64,000 nt of DNA. Origin: Octopus bimaculoides. Taxonomy: Eukaryota. This document shows, one piece after another, positions 38,891 through 51,039 of this stretch. The stretch is taken from contig NC_068983.1 of assembly GCF_001194135.2 (NCBI RefSeq), positions 124,494,339 through 124,558,338 of the forward strand, written 5' to 3'. Made by a program: the position numbers and the translations under genes. The first letter of the stretch is position 1; every line of letters starts with the position of its first letter. The notes under the pieces are model-generated. The model was not told where the DNA came from and searched no databases. It worked only from the letters and a program-made list of their open reading frames with translations.

Positions 38891-39464
38891 TTAGCGATAT
38901 ATCCATCAATTTCAGGTTTAGTGATACAATACAGTCTGCCATCCTCAGTATGACATAACCGAAAGCACATAATTATAAACATTTATACATACCAAACATA
39001 CTCACAGTGCATATACAAATGTTCACACTTATATGCAAGTTAAAAATCTAGTTCGTTCATCTCAACCACGTATGAATAACCAAAATGATTCAGCAGTGAA
39101 TAAATTTTGGCTGAAGTGAATTCATATTTCTCAATTAAAATTAAGGATAAAATCTATATAGGATTTTTTCAAGTAGCTAGCATGTAAAACTCCAATAAAT
39201 CCTATATAGATCTTATCCATAATTTTAATTGATATATATAAATTCACTTCAGCCAAAATTTATTCACTGCTGAATTATTTTGGTTATTCATACGTGGCTG
39301 AGATGAACGAACTAGATTTTTAACTTGCATATAAGTGTGAACATTTGTATATGCTCTGTGGATACGTTGTGCTCGTATGTTATGTATAAATGTTTATAAT
39401 TATGTACTTTGGATGGTAGAGGGTATTACACCACTAAACCTGAAATTGATCGATACATGGCTAA
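38891..39464. repeat. Fold-back inverted repeat: ~275-bp arms (38891-39166, 39197-39464), 30-nt spacer
   Basis: The core 39009-39122 versus 39241-39354 differs at 2 of 114 positions; the outer parts have indels. Confidence 0.95.
38897..38951 (-). ncRNA. Decayed hammerhead-like motif in left arm (mirror relic at 39404-39458, +)
   Basis: AUA CUGAGGA uggcag..cuaaaccu GAAA UUGAUGGA U A UAU. The core, triplet and 3-bp stem I are present, but stem II is poorly paired. The right-arm core has decayed to CUUUGGA. Confidence 0.4.
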
Positions 39465-39702
39465 ACTTTTCTCCGCTAAATGTTTTGTTCATTCCCTCGA
39501 TTTCTGCGTGTGTCTATGTGACAGATAAAGTAATTTAGAGCCATTTGGCGTCTTTTCCAGCATCTGGTAATACCTCGTAATTGCCCTTATTGTAATCTTA
39601 TAATTATATTTACAAAGTTATATATTTTGTATTAACTTTTAATTTAGTTGGTTTGGTAGCTACTACATAAAATCCTATATAGATTTTATCCTTAATTCTA
39701 AT

Positions 39703-39740
<38 letters not shown>

Positions 39741-42700
39741 TTTTGTGTCCAATTAATTCATTACGTTACATATATCGTTGTCGTTCTCTACAACATTATT
39801 TTGGGATATTTATTGAGTGGCTGGAACGTAGAAATCTCTGTCTGCTTCACAGGTGAGCAAATCAGATATGATAACATATTTAACTTCATAAATCTTAAAA
39901 TTTATTTATTGGTAGACCAGCAATTTTTTCTGAAACTAAACGACAACCAACAACGGAGAAAAGGGTTGTTTGATGCCTACAACTTTTTGTACCGAGAACT
40001 TGGTATATAATCTTATCATTGTTTGTATTTCACAGCAGGAATATGTACGTTTAAAAACATGTAAAACATTGTTTACTGATTTGACTCACAATCTAAAAAT
40101 AACACAAACATTATGATAGCTTAGCAAATTTATATTTGAGAAAATAGAATAGAAATACAGGTATTAAAATCGTGTGTTGCCATCAAATCATAGATTAACT
40201 TTGCCACTCCGGGGTATATATTTAGAACTTATATCAAACTGCGCAATTAAAAAAAATCCCGAAATAGACATTTGGACCATGGATTATATGTAATGTATAT
40301 GACAGAAAAAACTGATATGTACATTCATTGCCGAATTAACTAACTGTCGAATTAACTAACTCCTGCTCTCGTTATTATGCTTCCAAAACTAGAGGCATTG
40401 AGCTGAAATTATATATCAGCATGTTTGATTAAATCAAATACTATTGTCAATTCAAGGGCTGGAAAGATACCATGTTTTTAGGAAGTGATTAAATAATCTA
40501 ACATTTCTAAGATTATTTGTTCATTTAAAAATTCGTTTTTTTGCCCCAAGGCTTATAAGTAATGTTTACTTTGATAAGGTGTTAAATTTCAAAATGCAAT
40601 AATGGTAAAATTATGTAGTATCACTGATTGGCTCGTGAAGCATCTACAATCTTCACTGGAAATAGTATACCGTTATTAGTATCCTACAGCTAGTCGTGAT
40701 GATTAAAAGAAAAAAATGTCTGCGAATGAACTTTTTTTAGGTTTAGCAATTATAAATTATCCATTAGAAAATGTTCAATTTATTTTTTTAGTCACTTCTT
40801 TTGCAAAGCTCTTTTTATTTCTAACTTTTTTTTTACCATCGTCTCAAAATGCTAAATCACTGAATGGCATTCGGCTGCATGAGAATGTACAGCAAGAATA
40901 CATGTTGATCTATTTTTACAAATGAAATAATCATCATATCACTAGGTGTCGTAACACAGTACTCATATTGGAATATCATATTAAATGCCCTATATCAAAA
41001 TTAAAAAAATGGATAGTGATAAAACCGTTAACAGATTTACATTAAGACATCTACAGTTGTACATTTTGCTATATACGACCAAGAAAACACTTTTACATTG
41101 AAATAAGTAAAATAACGAGAACCCTTTATGCATTAATGAGAGAAATAAACAGTGTAGCATGTTTATAACTTGGTTATAGAATAAATTATTGAGTCACGTA
41201 CTCAGATTTCACGTTTATTGAAGCACAATACATTTTGTTTTCTACAACTAGGTATCATATTCTTGCTACTTTTCAGTAGACTCGAATCCACAAAATAAAA
41301 AGCAAATAAATGAATAAGTAAATTTATATATATATATATAAAACAAAGTATCTCACTCTCATCATTTATATATTTTCGGTATCTTTATTTTAAAAACTAT
41401 TTCGCAAAAAGTTAGATAAACTAAATCTACTGTCTGAAGACACGATAGAAAATTTTACAAGCATAATGCTTCATAATACCTCTTTCTATAAAAATAAGCA
41501 AGTTACTATTTTCAAAGTGAAAATTTCTCTGCAAATAGCCTCAACAGAAATATGTATTTGTAAAGTGCATATAAGGTTTACATATTTCTGAATTCTCAAA
41601 ATTATTCAGGAGATAAAACAGAGATAATTGAAATGAATTTTCTACTCTTTTCCTCTTCTTTGATATTAATTTGCAGAAGCCGTTGTCTATTTTGGGCCTT
41701 ATAAATGGATGTACAGGAATAATTTTGTGGTTAAATCAGTTATCATCCAATTCTGTTATTTGAGAGTTAGTCACCGAAGGATAACACGGGAAGTAGAAGT
41801 TCGAAAAGAAGCAGTTCTAGGACGAAATAAGGGAGTAGAGTGAATTGGAGGAGATATAATTCAAAGTTCATATCAGCGTATTGTAGATGAAAAGAGATTA
41901 ACCGAATTAAACTTCATTACTTAAATAAAGAAGGAAGCGTGAATGTGTGTCAAGAGGATAAGGACGTTGAGAAGAATTAAGAGAGGGAGAGTGAAAACGG
42001 ATAATCAAAGTAGATTACAGAAGAGAAAACTGTTGTTTAACAGAAAAAAAACTGTGTAGTATGAGTGGAGAGAGTGGGAGAAATAATGACATAGATAGGA
42101 AACGGAGTACAAGACAGAGGGACAGAAAAAGGGAAAAGAAAGTGAATGAGAATACACAGTGTTTTAAAGAAAAGATTGAAATTGAAAAGAAATTATAAGA
42201 AATACGTTAAACATTTCCTAAACGTACTATTCTGTATCACATAATTTGAATCCTCGATCAGAATTTCAAATTTGGAAATACCTGACCAAGCCAATAGAAT
42301 ACACAGAAATCTACCGTTCAAAAATCATTTCAACTGAAATTTGTCAAACATCGGTGGCAGACAAGAGGATGGTTGATTCCATCGTCGTGGGGAAGCGCCA
42401 CACTTCATAAACATTACTTCGTCAATCAAAAAGCAATACTTTCAAACATTTGACGCAGTTTATTGCACAGATGAAGAATAGAGGTAAACAATACCGTTTC
42501 CTAACTTTGGAACGAGGCATGCAATATTATCAAGGTGACAATTTCTTATGATGATCACCAAAAGATGCAAAATATGTCTATAAGAAAAACAACGGGTGTC
42601 TTTGTACTTCACTCAACTTGTAAGCTCTCTCACGTTTAAAGTAGAGCTGTTCATTTCTTTCTTTTTCATGAGTCTCTTTGCTAATTTATTAGAATACTAT

Positions 42701-44643
42701 TATTTGTCATTTAGCAGTATGATTTCATATACAGTTGTTTACTGTCCAGAGTGATCTATCATTTCAGGAAATATAGGTGGAACCCGTTGAATGTGTTTGG
42801 CATGCGAACACCTTAGTTGTAATACTCTCCTACGATATTAATCCTTCTATCATTTCTTGGAACTGTTTGCTGTCAAACTTCTTTTATTTCAGACTATTTC
42901 GTATTTTCTGCTAAAAACTCTATCAGTTGTCCTTCATCACACCTGTTGGCCATGATTCTTACATACTTCCTCTGTACATTAATCATGACTAGTAATGTCA
43001 CAAACTATATTTATCCTTTCATTAATCATCTTCTAATTATTACTTGTAATGTCACAAACTACAAAGATTTATTTCGCGCATACGAATACATACGCCAACG
43101 CTGTTCAGTTAAGACGAACTACTTGACATAAACGGAGAATTTACAGATATATTCATCTTCAATAGCAGAAAAAGGCAATCACTGCACACATGCATTATAT
43201 AATATCGCAAGCTGAAACATCTCAATACCATTAAAAACCCTAAATCTCACAGTTGCCAAAGATACTTCCTGGATTTTATATCCCTAAAAAATTGCAAAAT
43301 GTGTTCAAAAGGAAATCTAGCTCAGATAAATTGTTGTTGAATTTATACAGACAAATATGTTCAACTCATGAAAATGCTGGGAGATATTTCTGTTTCTGTG
43401 GCAGAATATATATGATGAAATAAGGTTCACAGAAGAATAAGAAATAGAAAAAAGAGTCTATAGATCATTGGGAAAAATATAATTTCACGTATTTGAAAAG
43501 ACAAAACACTAGTGATAAAAACCAAATGTTTACATTTGTAAGATATTTTAGAGGAGGGGAAGACAACATCTTGAAAAACATAGTTTGTTCTTAATGACTG
43601 AGTTTACGAAGGAGGGCTCACGCCCCTTAGCTCTACCAGGTGTTTCAGGATAGTTGGGTGGAAGTTATGAGGAGAACGAAGACAAGGTCCTAATACTTGT
43701 GGCAGAGTGGACTACACTTAAGTCACTAAGTGTGGTGGTGTTAAGCGGATGACTAAGGAAGTGTGCCGCGTAAAATTAAAATTTCTTCAAACATGTTTGA
43801 ATATAATATTTCTTTGATAAGGGACTTTGACCTCTTTGAAGCTCTACCAGAATAGGCTTGATTAAAGTGCCACGTAGTGGGATTGAACGCGAAATAAAGT
43901 AGCTTCGTTGTATACTTCTTAAATAAACAGCCATTCCTTGCCCTTCAAAAGTAGGCATTGTTGCTTTTCCTTGGAGCCAGATTTTTAATAAGGAAAATCT
44001 ATGACAATAGTATCCCACCAGTGACCGCATTTTATACACCATGATTTGTTTTGAAGCGTGTGTATGCATGATTCAAGAGACGTAGGAGAATGGTTACATA
44101 GTGGCTTCCTCGTTAATTCATAACTGAAATAGGTAAAAATATTTTGATTGCAGATTTCGGTATTTAACTCTCAGAAACAGAAATATAGTACATTTGAAGA
44201 GATTATAACTGAACTGGATAGACCTTAGGAAGGAAAGTAAAATAGCTAAATTTCCTCATACTAAAATCCTATTCAAAGTACAGAAACAATTCTTAAGAAA
44301 ACAAAAACTTTATAAAAGAACATTTATAAAAGAAACATCCATTAATACCAGAAAAAAATCAATAAAAGTTGTAAAATTGAGGAAATAAAAGCCGAAGAGA
44401 ATTACCAGTTTTATTGATCTTTACCGACGTGATATATTAATCGACCATATTTTATGGCAGCTCATTTGAATTGTTCAAATAAAAAGAAAAAGATTGAAGA
44501 AATGAGCTTAATATTCGGTTAATCTTGACACATTTCAATGGAAAATTATTCCTTGACTTATCTAAGTTATGGTTAAGACTATGGTTAAGATTAGGGTTAA
44601 GTATTTTTACTGTCTTCCTAGTATTTCTTACTCATTTCGGTAC

Positions 44644-45487
44644 ATATGAGATGCATTCTAGAAGATTATTCTAATTTTAGTATATCATTAAAATACATCT
44701 AAGCTGATCTGCCTAATTTTGTTATTCTAGAGTGAAGTAAACGGCTGTAACAGCACTATGCACACTCCCTACTAAACAGTTTTTCTCACAGCCGACGATT
44801 TTTCAGAATGCAGTAGGAACGTTTGGAAGCATCGCCATGCAATACAGTTTTGTGTTAAACTACGGCAAGAACACCACCGAAACTTATGAAAAGCTCCAGT
44901 TTGCTTACGGATTAACGTTTTCGCTGACACAAGAGGTTAAGAACAGTAGAGATGAGGTGAGAGACGCTGAAAGGTCTAAGAGGGAGAGGGATATCAGAAC
45001 ATCAGAGATGGTTGAGAGAATTCGCAGTTCTCTCGATGAGGATCGTCGTGTGACTATAAAGGCAATAAACATACAGTTTGGAGTTGGTGCGACAACTGCA
45101 AACAGAATTATCCATGAAAATCTGAAAATGTAAAGTTTGTTCAATGAGCATCCTAGTAACATTCAACTTCATAGAGATGGGCATACAAACTGTCCCATAT
45201 CCACCTTACTGTTCAGACATTTCCCCCCTGTAACTTTTGGTCGTTTCTCAAGCTGAAGGAGAACCCCAGGAACAGTGGATTCGAAGATGAAGGACGCTTT
45301 GATGAAGGTCCTGGACACTTTCACTTTTAAGGATTTTCATGGAGATTTCATGAAATGGCTGGAGTGCTACAACTCCATTGGAGTCATGAGATCTTACTTT
45401 GAAGAAGAATAGAGTTTTTTACTGGGTTAAATTTAATATATGTCTCTCTTGAAAAAGTCTGAAAAGTTTTGGAATATACTCTGTATA
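44644..45487 (+). mobile_element. Internally deleted mariner transposon relic
   Basis: FVLNYGKNTTETYEKLQFAYG, DEDRRVTI..IIHENLKM, PYPPYCSDISPCNFW (~YSPDL); TIR-like ends. Confidence 0.8.
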
Positions 45488-46163
45488 TGTTGGCACGTAT
45501 AACCTTCTTATATTATTATGGTTAAATATGTATGTGTGCGTGTACGTATGTATGTATATACGGATCAACACATACCAGCACCCACACTTCCGTTTTCTCC
45601 CCCACACGCATCCACACCTACTCCCTTTGTTACCCCTATCCCCTCTGATACATCCATTTAGGTCGACCCATATACATCTCCCTACAACAACCACATACGT
45701 CAAATAGCTTGACACACGCATATACGCGCCACTACACACATATACATACTCACGCACACACACAGACACAGAATATACATATTAGCGTCATACACATACA
45801 CTTTAATCAGTATCCCCATGTACACGCATCAGCTGATAGAAAGGACACGCATATTATCTCACATACGTAAACAGACGATATTGACGCATAAACACACATA
45901 ACATGCGCAAACAATAACATCATACATACACTTTGTGTACGCACATATATTCGACTTCCACTTACTCGCACACACCTAACAAAGATCGAGGAACAGATGC
46001 ATACACGCTACTCGCACACAGCTGCTACGCATGCGTCTGCACACATTCACACTTGATAACCTCATACATACGCCTACGTTACACAGCCTCATACACTCAC
46101 AGCATACACAGATGTCCACACACACGCCCACTCAAATAAATACACAGAGTACACATACATCGC

Positions 46164-46212
<49 letters not shown>

Positions 46213-46679
46213 TTGTTCGTATACATACACACACTCAAAGGCATTCATACGCACGGCTCCCATGCATGTACATAAATAAGCTTACGTAATCCTTATTACT
46301 AACACACACGTGATGCCTACACGCACATACACACGCACTCACCCATACACACATACACACACATATATACATCCTGGCAAACACACGCACGCATGCGAGC
46401 GCACTCACTTCAGCCAAGTCACTGTTGTTTCCCTTGCCACCCACATCGCCAGCCACATCCTTCCTGTCGGTCAGTTCAATATGTAGCACCGTTAATTCAG
46501 AAATGTTTTTCCCTCGAGGTTTTACTCTCTTTACTTGTTTTACACTTCTCATTTCTTTCTCTAGAAGAGCGCAGGTTCGAAACGTTAAAGACGGATTTCA
46601 TTTTCCTGAGCGTCAAACTAATACACCCTGTTTCTTTTGGTATAAAGTTTCTTTGTTTTTGTGCTATACACGCACACAT

Positions 46680-46761
<82 letters not shown>

Positions 46762-46819
46762 TCGTTGAGAGAAAAATGTCATAATTCTCTGAGCGTTTCG
46801 TACAAGGTATGATAACAAC

Positions 46820-47415
46820 CATGCACGAAGCTTTGGCTCTTGAGTAACCCGAACCCTAACCCTAATCCTAAAACCCCAAAGCTAAAACCAGTACAAACGC
46901 ACGAACGATGTCATAAATAACAGTTACAAACAAAATATATACCGCCGATAGTTGTTGTTGACAAACAACGGCAGTAATTTTATTCAAGGGAAAAGATCCC
47001 AAAATTGGCAATTTCGAAAACGCTAAAACAAAACGAAAATACTTTTACAAACAAAATAAACTGAAAAAAATTAAAAAATAACTAATAACTGAATTGATTA
47101 AACTATATATACGTGTATCTCAAATGTAAATATATCAGAAATAACAGTGACAAAGTAAATTTACACCGCCAGAACGTTTTGTTGACAAACTACAGCAGTA
47201 ATTGTTTTCACCTCAATAGACGTCATTGATTGGTTGAAATTACCGAAATACGACAATTTTAACACGAAATAACTTCGAAAATAAAGAATTTTCTTAAAAA
47301 CGCCAAGAATAAATGATGTTTTAAATGACACATTCTACCAGTATACGAAATTTGAAAGTGTTTAGCTACAAAACATTATTTTTACTATGTGCCGGCCAAA
47401 AGGAAAAAATCCCCA
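46820..47415. mobile_element. Putative non-autonomous DNA element with CCCTAA-like repeats and internal duplication
   Basis: aaccctaaccctaatcc at ~46852. The motif ccgcc..gttgacaaac.ac.gcagtaat is repeated at ~46942 and ~47166, and ggaaaa(g/a)atccc at ~46990 and ~47402. Confidence 0.4.
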
Positions 47416-48369
47416 GTAACTAATATACACTTAAATTTCATTAAATAGTAACTAATAAAAGTACTTGTAATTAAACATTATTATGAACCTTGCTATGTTT
47501 AAAGCTAATTAAACTGTTTAAAAGACAATGAAACTACAAGTATTAACACTTACATGTTTAATCAGACACGCGGATCACTCACCAAGAATTTAAAACAACA
47601 GCCAACTAAATTATTGAGGACGTAGTGCATAATTACTACTACCTCAATTGTCTCAATATGGTGACGTAGTAAGCAACAAATATTTCCTAAGCTGAAGACT
47701 ACATATTATCCTATATTTATTTAAAATTTCAAGCTTCCACCTAAACAGCGATCAAAAGTTTTAACCAACTTACCATATTTATGCTCTTGTTTTACTAAAT
47801 ATCTTAACAGCTTATTTATTCTTAGGGTATATTTTTCTGAGTAAAAATTCAAAGAAGCCATAATTAAGTATAAATATATCATCTATGTATCTGCGCATCC
47901 ATCAAGTTGTTTAAGCAAACCCATCTTTTCCCTACCAAATAGGTTTTTAAGAAAAAGGAACTCGCATAAAGAAAGATAAAGGTCCGCCAGTAGGGGGCTA
48001 CAATTGCCACCCATTGGAATTCTCCTAACTGTTAAAACACCCTACCCGCAACTAGTGGTTTATTCAGGACTAAGTCTTTCCCTATCCACTTACATTATTT
48101 CTTTAAATGTTTAACCTCCATATAAGTTTATTTGCTAGCCCAGCTATTGAATTCCTCCAGTTTAACCTTATGTTTGAGACTTAAATGAATTAAGAACTCA
48201 ATAATAGTTTTTAATATAACTTTCTTTAAATTATATTTACTAATTTTACCTTGTTCTCTGTATTTTGTCCTGTAGTCAAAGCGTATGTGACCTTGATTTT
48301 CTTTTGCACAAAATAATAATGCTTGAGCAAAATTCGCAAGTGTATTAGGTGGCCACATCCATTCTGTGT

Positions 48370-49095
48370 ATGCACAAAAATTTTAGCGTCTGAAGGTTGC
48401 GCCATTCGCCTGCAGTGACACGTTGAGTACAGACGTGAAGAGTGTGCTGTGCGATTTTTGTTTAGTTAAGATGACCGAGCACATTGAGCAAAGAGGCTGT
48501 ATCAAATTCTTTTCTTTTCTACTCTAGGCACAAGACCCGAAATTTTGGGAGAGGCGGCCAGTCGATTAGATCGGCCCCAGTACGCAACTGGTACTTAATT
48601 TATCGGCTCCGAAAGGATGAATGGCAAAGTCGACTTCGGCGGAATTTGAACTTAGAACGTAAAGACAGAAGAAACACGGCTAACCGTTTCTGCCAGCTCC
48701 CACCTTAATATTGTATCAAATTCTGCCAAAAGCTTATTGATACGCAAGCCCAGACTATCGAGAAGATCCAGAAAGCTTTTGAAGATGATGTTATAGACAA
48801 AACACAAATAAAAGAGTGGTACAACCGGTTCAAAGATAACCGCACCTAAGTCGATAGTGAGTCATGTTGTGGCCAGACAATTAACAAAGAATATTACCTG
48901 GGGCTGTTCGTCGCCTTCGTGAAGGTGTGCGGCGAAAGCAACCCGACCTGTGAGCAAGAAAGAACTGGAAAGTCCACTATGACAATGCACTCGCTCATTC
49001 TGCCTACGTCGAAGCATTCCTCGTCAAGCAAAACAGGTCACTTGTTCGTCAGGCTTCCTACTCCCCAGACTTAGCTCCGCGTGACTTTTGGCTGA
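48370..49095 (+). mobile_element. Internally deleted mariner relic interrupted by a SINE
   Basis: MTEHIEQRGCIKF[SINE]CQKL..IEKIQKAF..KEWYNRFK, then GQTINKEYY..WKVHYDNALAH..YSPDLAPRDFWL. Confidence 0.88.
48511..48711 (-). mobile_element. SINE family B with 13-bp TSD
   Basis: TSD tgtatcaaattct at 48498-48510 and 48712-48724. Confidence 0.92.
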
Positions 49096-49441
49096 ATAAT
49101 AATAGCTGAAAGAAAAATATTTTAACGGTAATTTGAATTCAAATTTGAATTTTGAACCGTACAAAGATACAGGAATGTGTAATTAATTTTGATAGAAATG
49201 TGTTTATAGAAAGAAAATGAAAATAATTATTTCGTTACACGTACGTGACTTACGTTCTCGGTTAACAATATATGTATTGTTCTTTTTTTCCATTCCAAGG
49301 ATTCCTAAGTCAGTAATTCTATAAGTAATTCTACAAGTACAAACAACAATATCAGAATATATTTAAGTAATAGAATAGTGTTTACTTACAAAACAATGGC
49401 CGCTGTCAAACGGCAGAAAGAAGCAGAAGAGAAAAGATAAA

Positions 49442-49477
<36 letters not shown>

Positions 49478-49628
49478 NNNNNNNNNNNNNNNNNNNNNNN
49501 NNNNNNNNNNNNNNNNNNNNNNNNNNNNNATATATATGTATATAATAAAAAGTTTTGAAAGGTACAACAATGCACTATAATACAAACAATGGGCTATATA
49601 CCTGTTGTAATTTAATCATCCATAGTCT

Positions 49629-49663
49629 TATAATATTTCGGAATAAAATTCCTTCTTCAGATA
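49629..49663 (-). ncRNA. Minimal hammerhead ribozyme (sense copy in pLTR)
   Basis: UAU CUGAAGA A GGAAU-uuu-AUUCC GAAA UA U U AUA. Stem II is 5 bp, stem III is the palindrome AUAU and stem I is 3 bp. Confidence 0.72.
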
Positions 49664-50214
49664 TTCTTAGATGGAGTCGCTGCTATAATCGGTTTTCCAA
49701 CGGCTTTTCTTTTTTCTTTTTCAAGAGTGTCTCAGCAGTGGTCTCACGAAGCTCCTTCCGGAATTCCTCATGAGAAGTGCGTGCGGTCGGCCATGTGTCA
49801 ATCTCGTGTGTGCTGGTACATCCGTAGCGCTGCTTGTAAGTTATGTATATGTGCAGCTTCCTTTTTCCCCTTCTTTTTTCTCTTCCTTTTCTTTTTGTTA
49901 TAAAGAATACATGAGTACGTTATCAAAAATGAACCTACACGCATCCAGATGTAGTTAAATAATATATTGATTTCCAACTTCTAGCCTGTTGTTAATTTGG
50001 GGACCTAGTCTGTGTTAATTCTTAAATTACCCAAATTTCTTTTATTGGCCTCAGTTGTGACTGTTATGCTTTTGTCGGTGTTCCGGCATCTGTCCAGATA
50101 TTTTCTGAAGGAGGAGGCTCTCGTGTTCAGATGTCCTTTGATGCGGATGTGTAACGGTCTTTTGTGTTACCCACATAGAACTTGTTGCAACATAGCCGCG
50201 ACTACATCTAAGAA

Positions 50215-50248
50215 TATCTGAAGAAGGAATTTTATTCTGAAATATTAT
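50215..50248 (+). ncRNA. Mirror hammerhead in inverted arm, two weakening changes
   Basis: UAU CUGAAGA A GGAAU-uuu-AUUCU GAAA UAUU AUC. The closing pair is G.U and stem I is 2 bp. Confidence 0.5.
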
Positions 50249-50504
50249 CAGACTATGGATGACTAAATTACAACAGGTATATAGTCCATTTTTTGTATTA
50301 TAGTACATTGTTGTACCATTCCAAAATTTTTATTCTTTACAAACAATGCTCAATGCTTCAATCGAACTACAATACTCTCCCATATATATAATGTATATAT
50401 ATATGTATATTTATAATATATATATATGTAATATATATAATATGTATATGTATAATGTATATATGTATATAAAATATATATATGTATACAATATATATAT
50501 AAAG

Positions 50505-50544
<40 letters not shown>

Positions 50545-51039
50545 NNNNNNNNNNNNNNNNNNNNNNNNNNNNNNNNNNNNNNNNNNNNNNNNNNNNNNNN
50601 NNNNNNNNNNNNNNNNNNNNNNNNNNNNNNNNNNNNNNNNNNNNNNNNNNNNNNNNNNNNNNNNNNNNNNNNNNNNNNNNNNNNNNNNNNNNNNNNNNNN
50701 NNNNNNNNNNNNNNNNNNNNNNNNNNNNNNNNNNNNNNNNNNNNNNNNNNNNNNNNNNNNNNNNNNNNNNNNNNNNNNNNNNNNNNNNNNNNNNNNNNNN
50801 NNNNNNNNNNNNNNNNNNNNNNNNNNNNNNNNNNNNNNNNNNNNNNNNNNNNNNNNNNNNNNNNNNNNNNNNNNNNNNNNNNNNNNNNNNNNNNNNNNNN
50901 NNNNNNNNNNNNNNNNNNNNNNNNNNNNNNNNNNNNNNNNNNNNNNNNNNNNNNNNNNNNNNNNNNNNNNNNNNNNNNNNNNNNNNNNNATATATATATA
51001 TATATATACACACACAATATATATATATATCTTTTATCC

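Larger units (their letters stand above)
49544..50334 (-). mobile_element. 5'-truncated Penelope-like element with inverted pLTR copy at its 5' end
   Basis: GIY-YIG relic CCNKFYVGNT/KRPLHIRIKGHL at ~50190-50120 (one frameshift). The inverted arms 49544-49686 and 50192-50334 have 11 mismatches in ~143 bp. Confidence 0.82.

Noticed and set aside
39702-40010. ORF with ACAG|GTGAG splice-like site
   Set aside because: Starts in (AT)n, has no family motif and no consistent exon chain.
46848-46890. Interstitial telomere or fusion site
   Set aside because: Only 2-3 degenerate units inside a repeat-like element.
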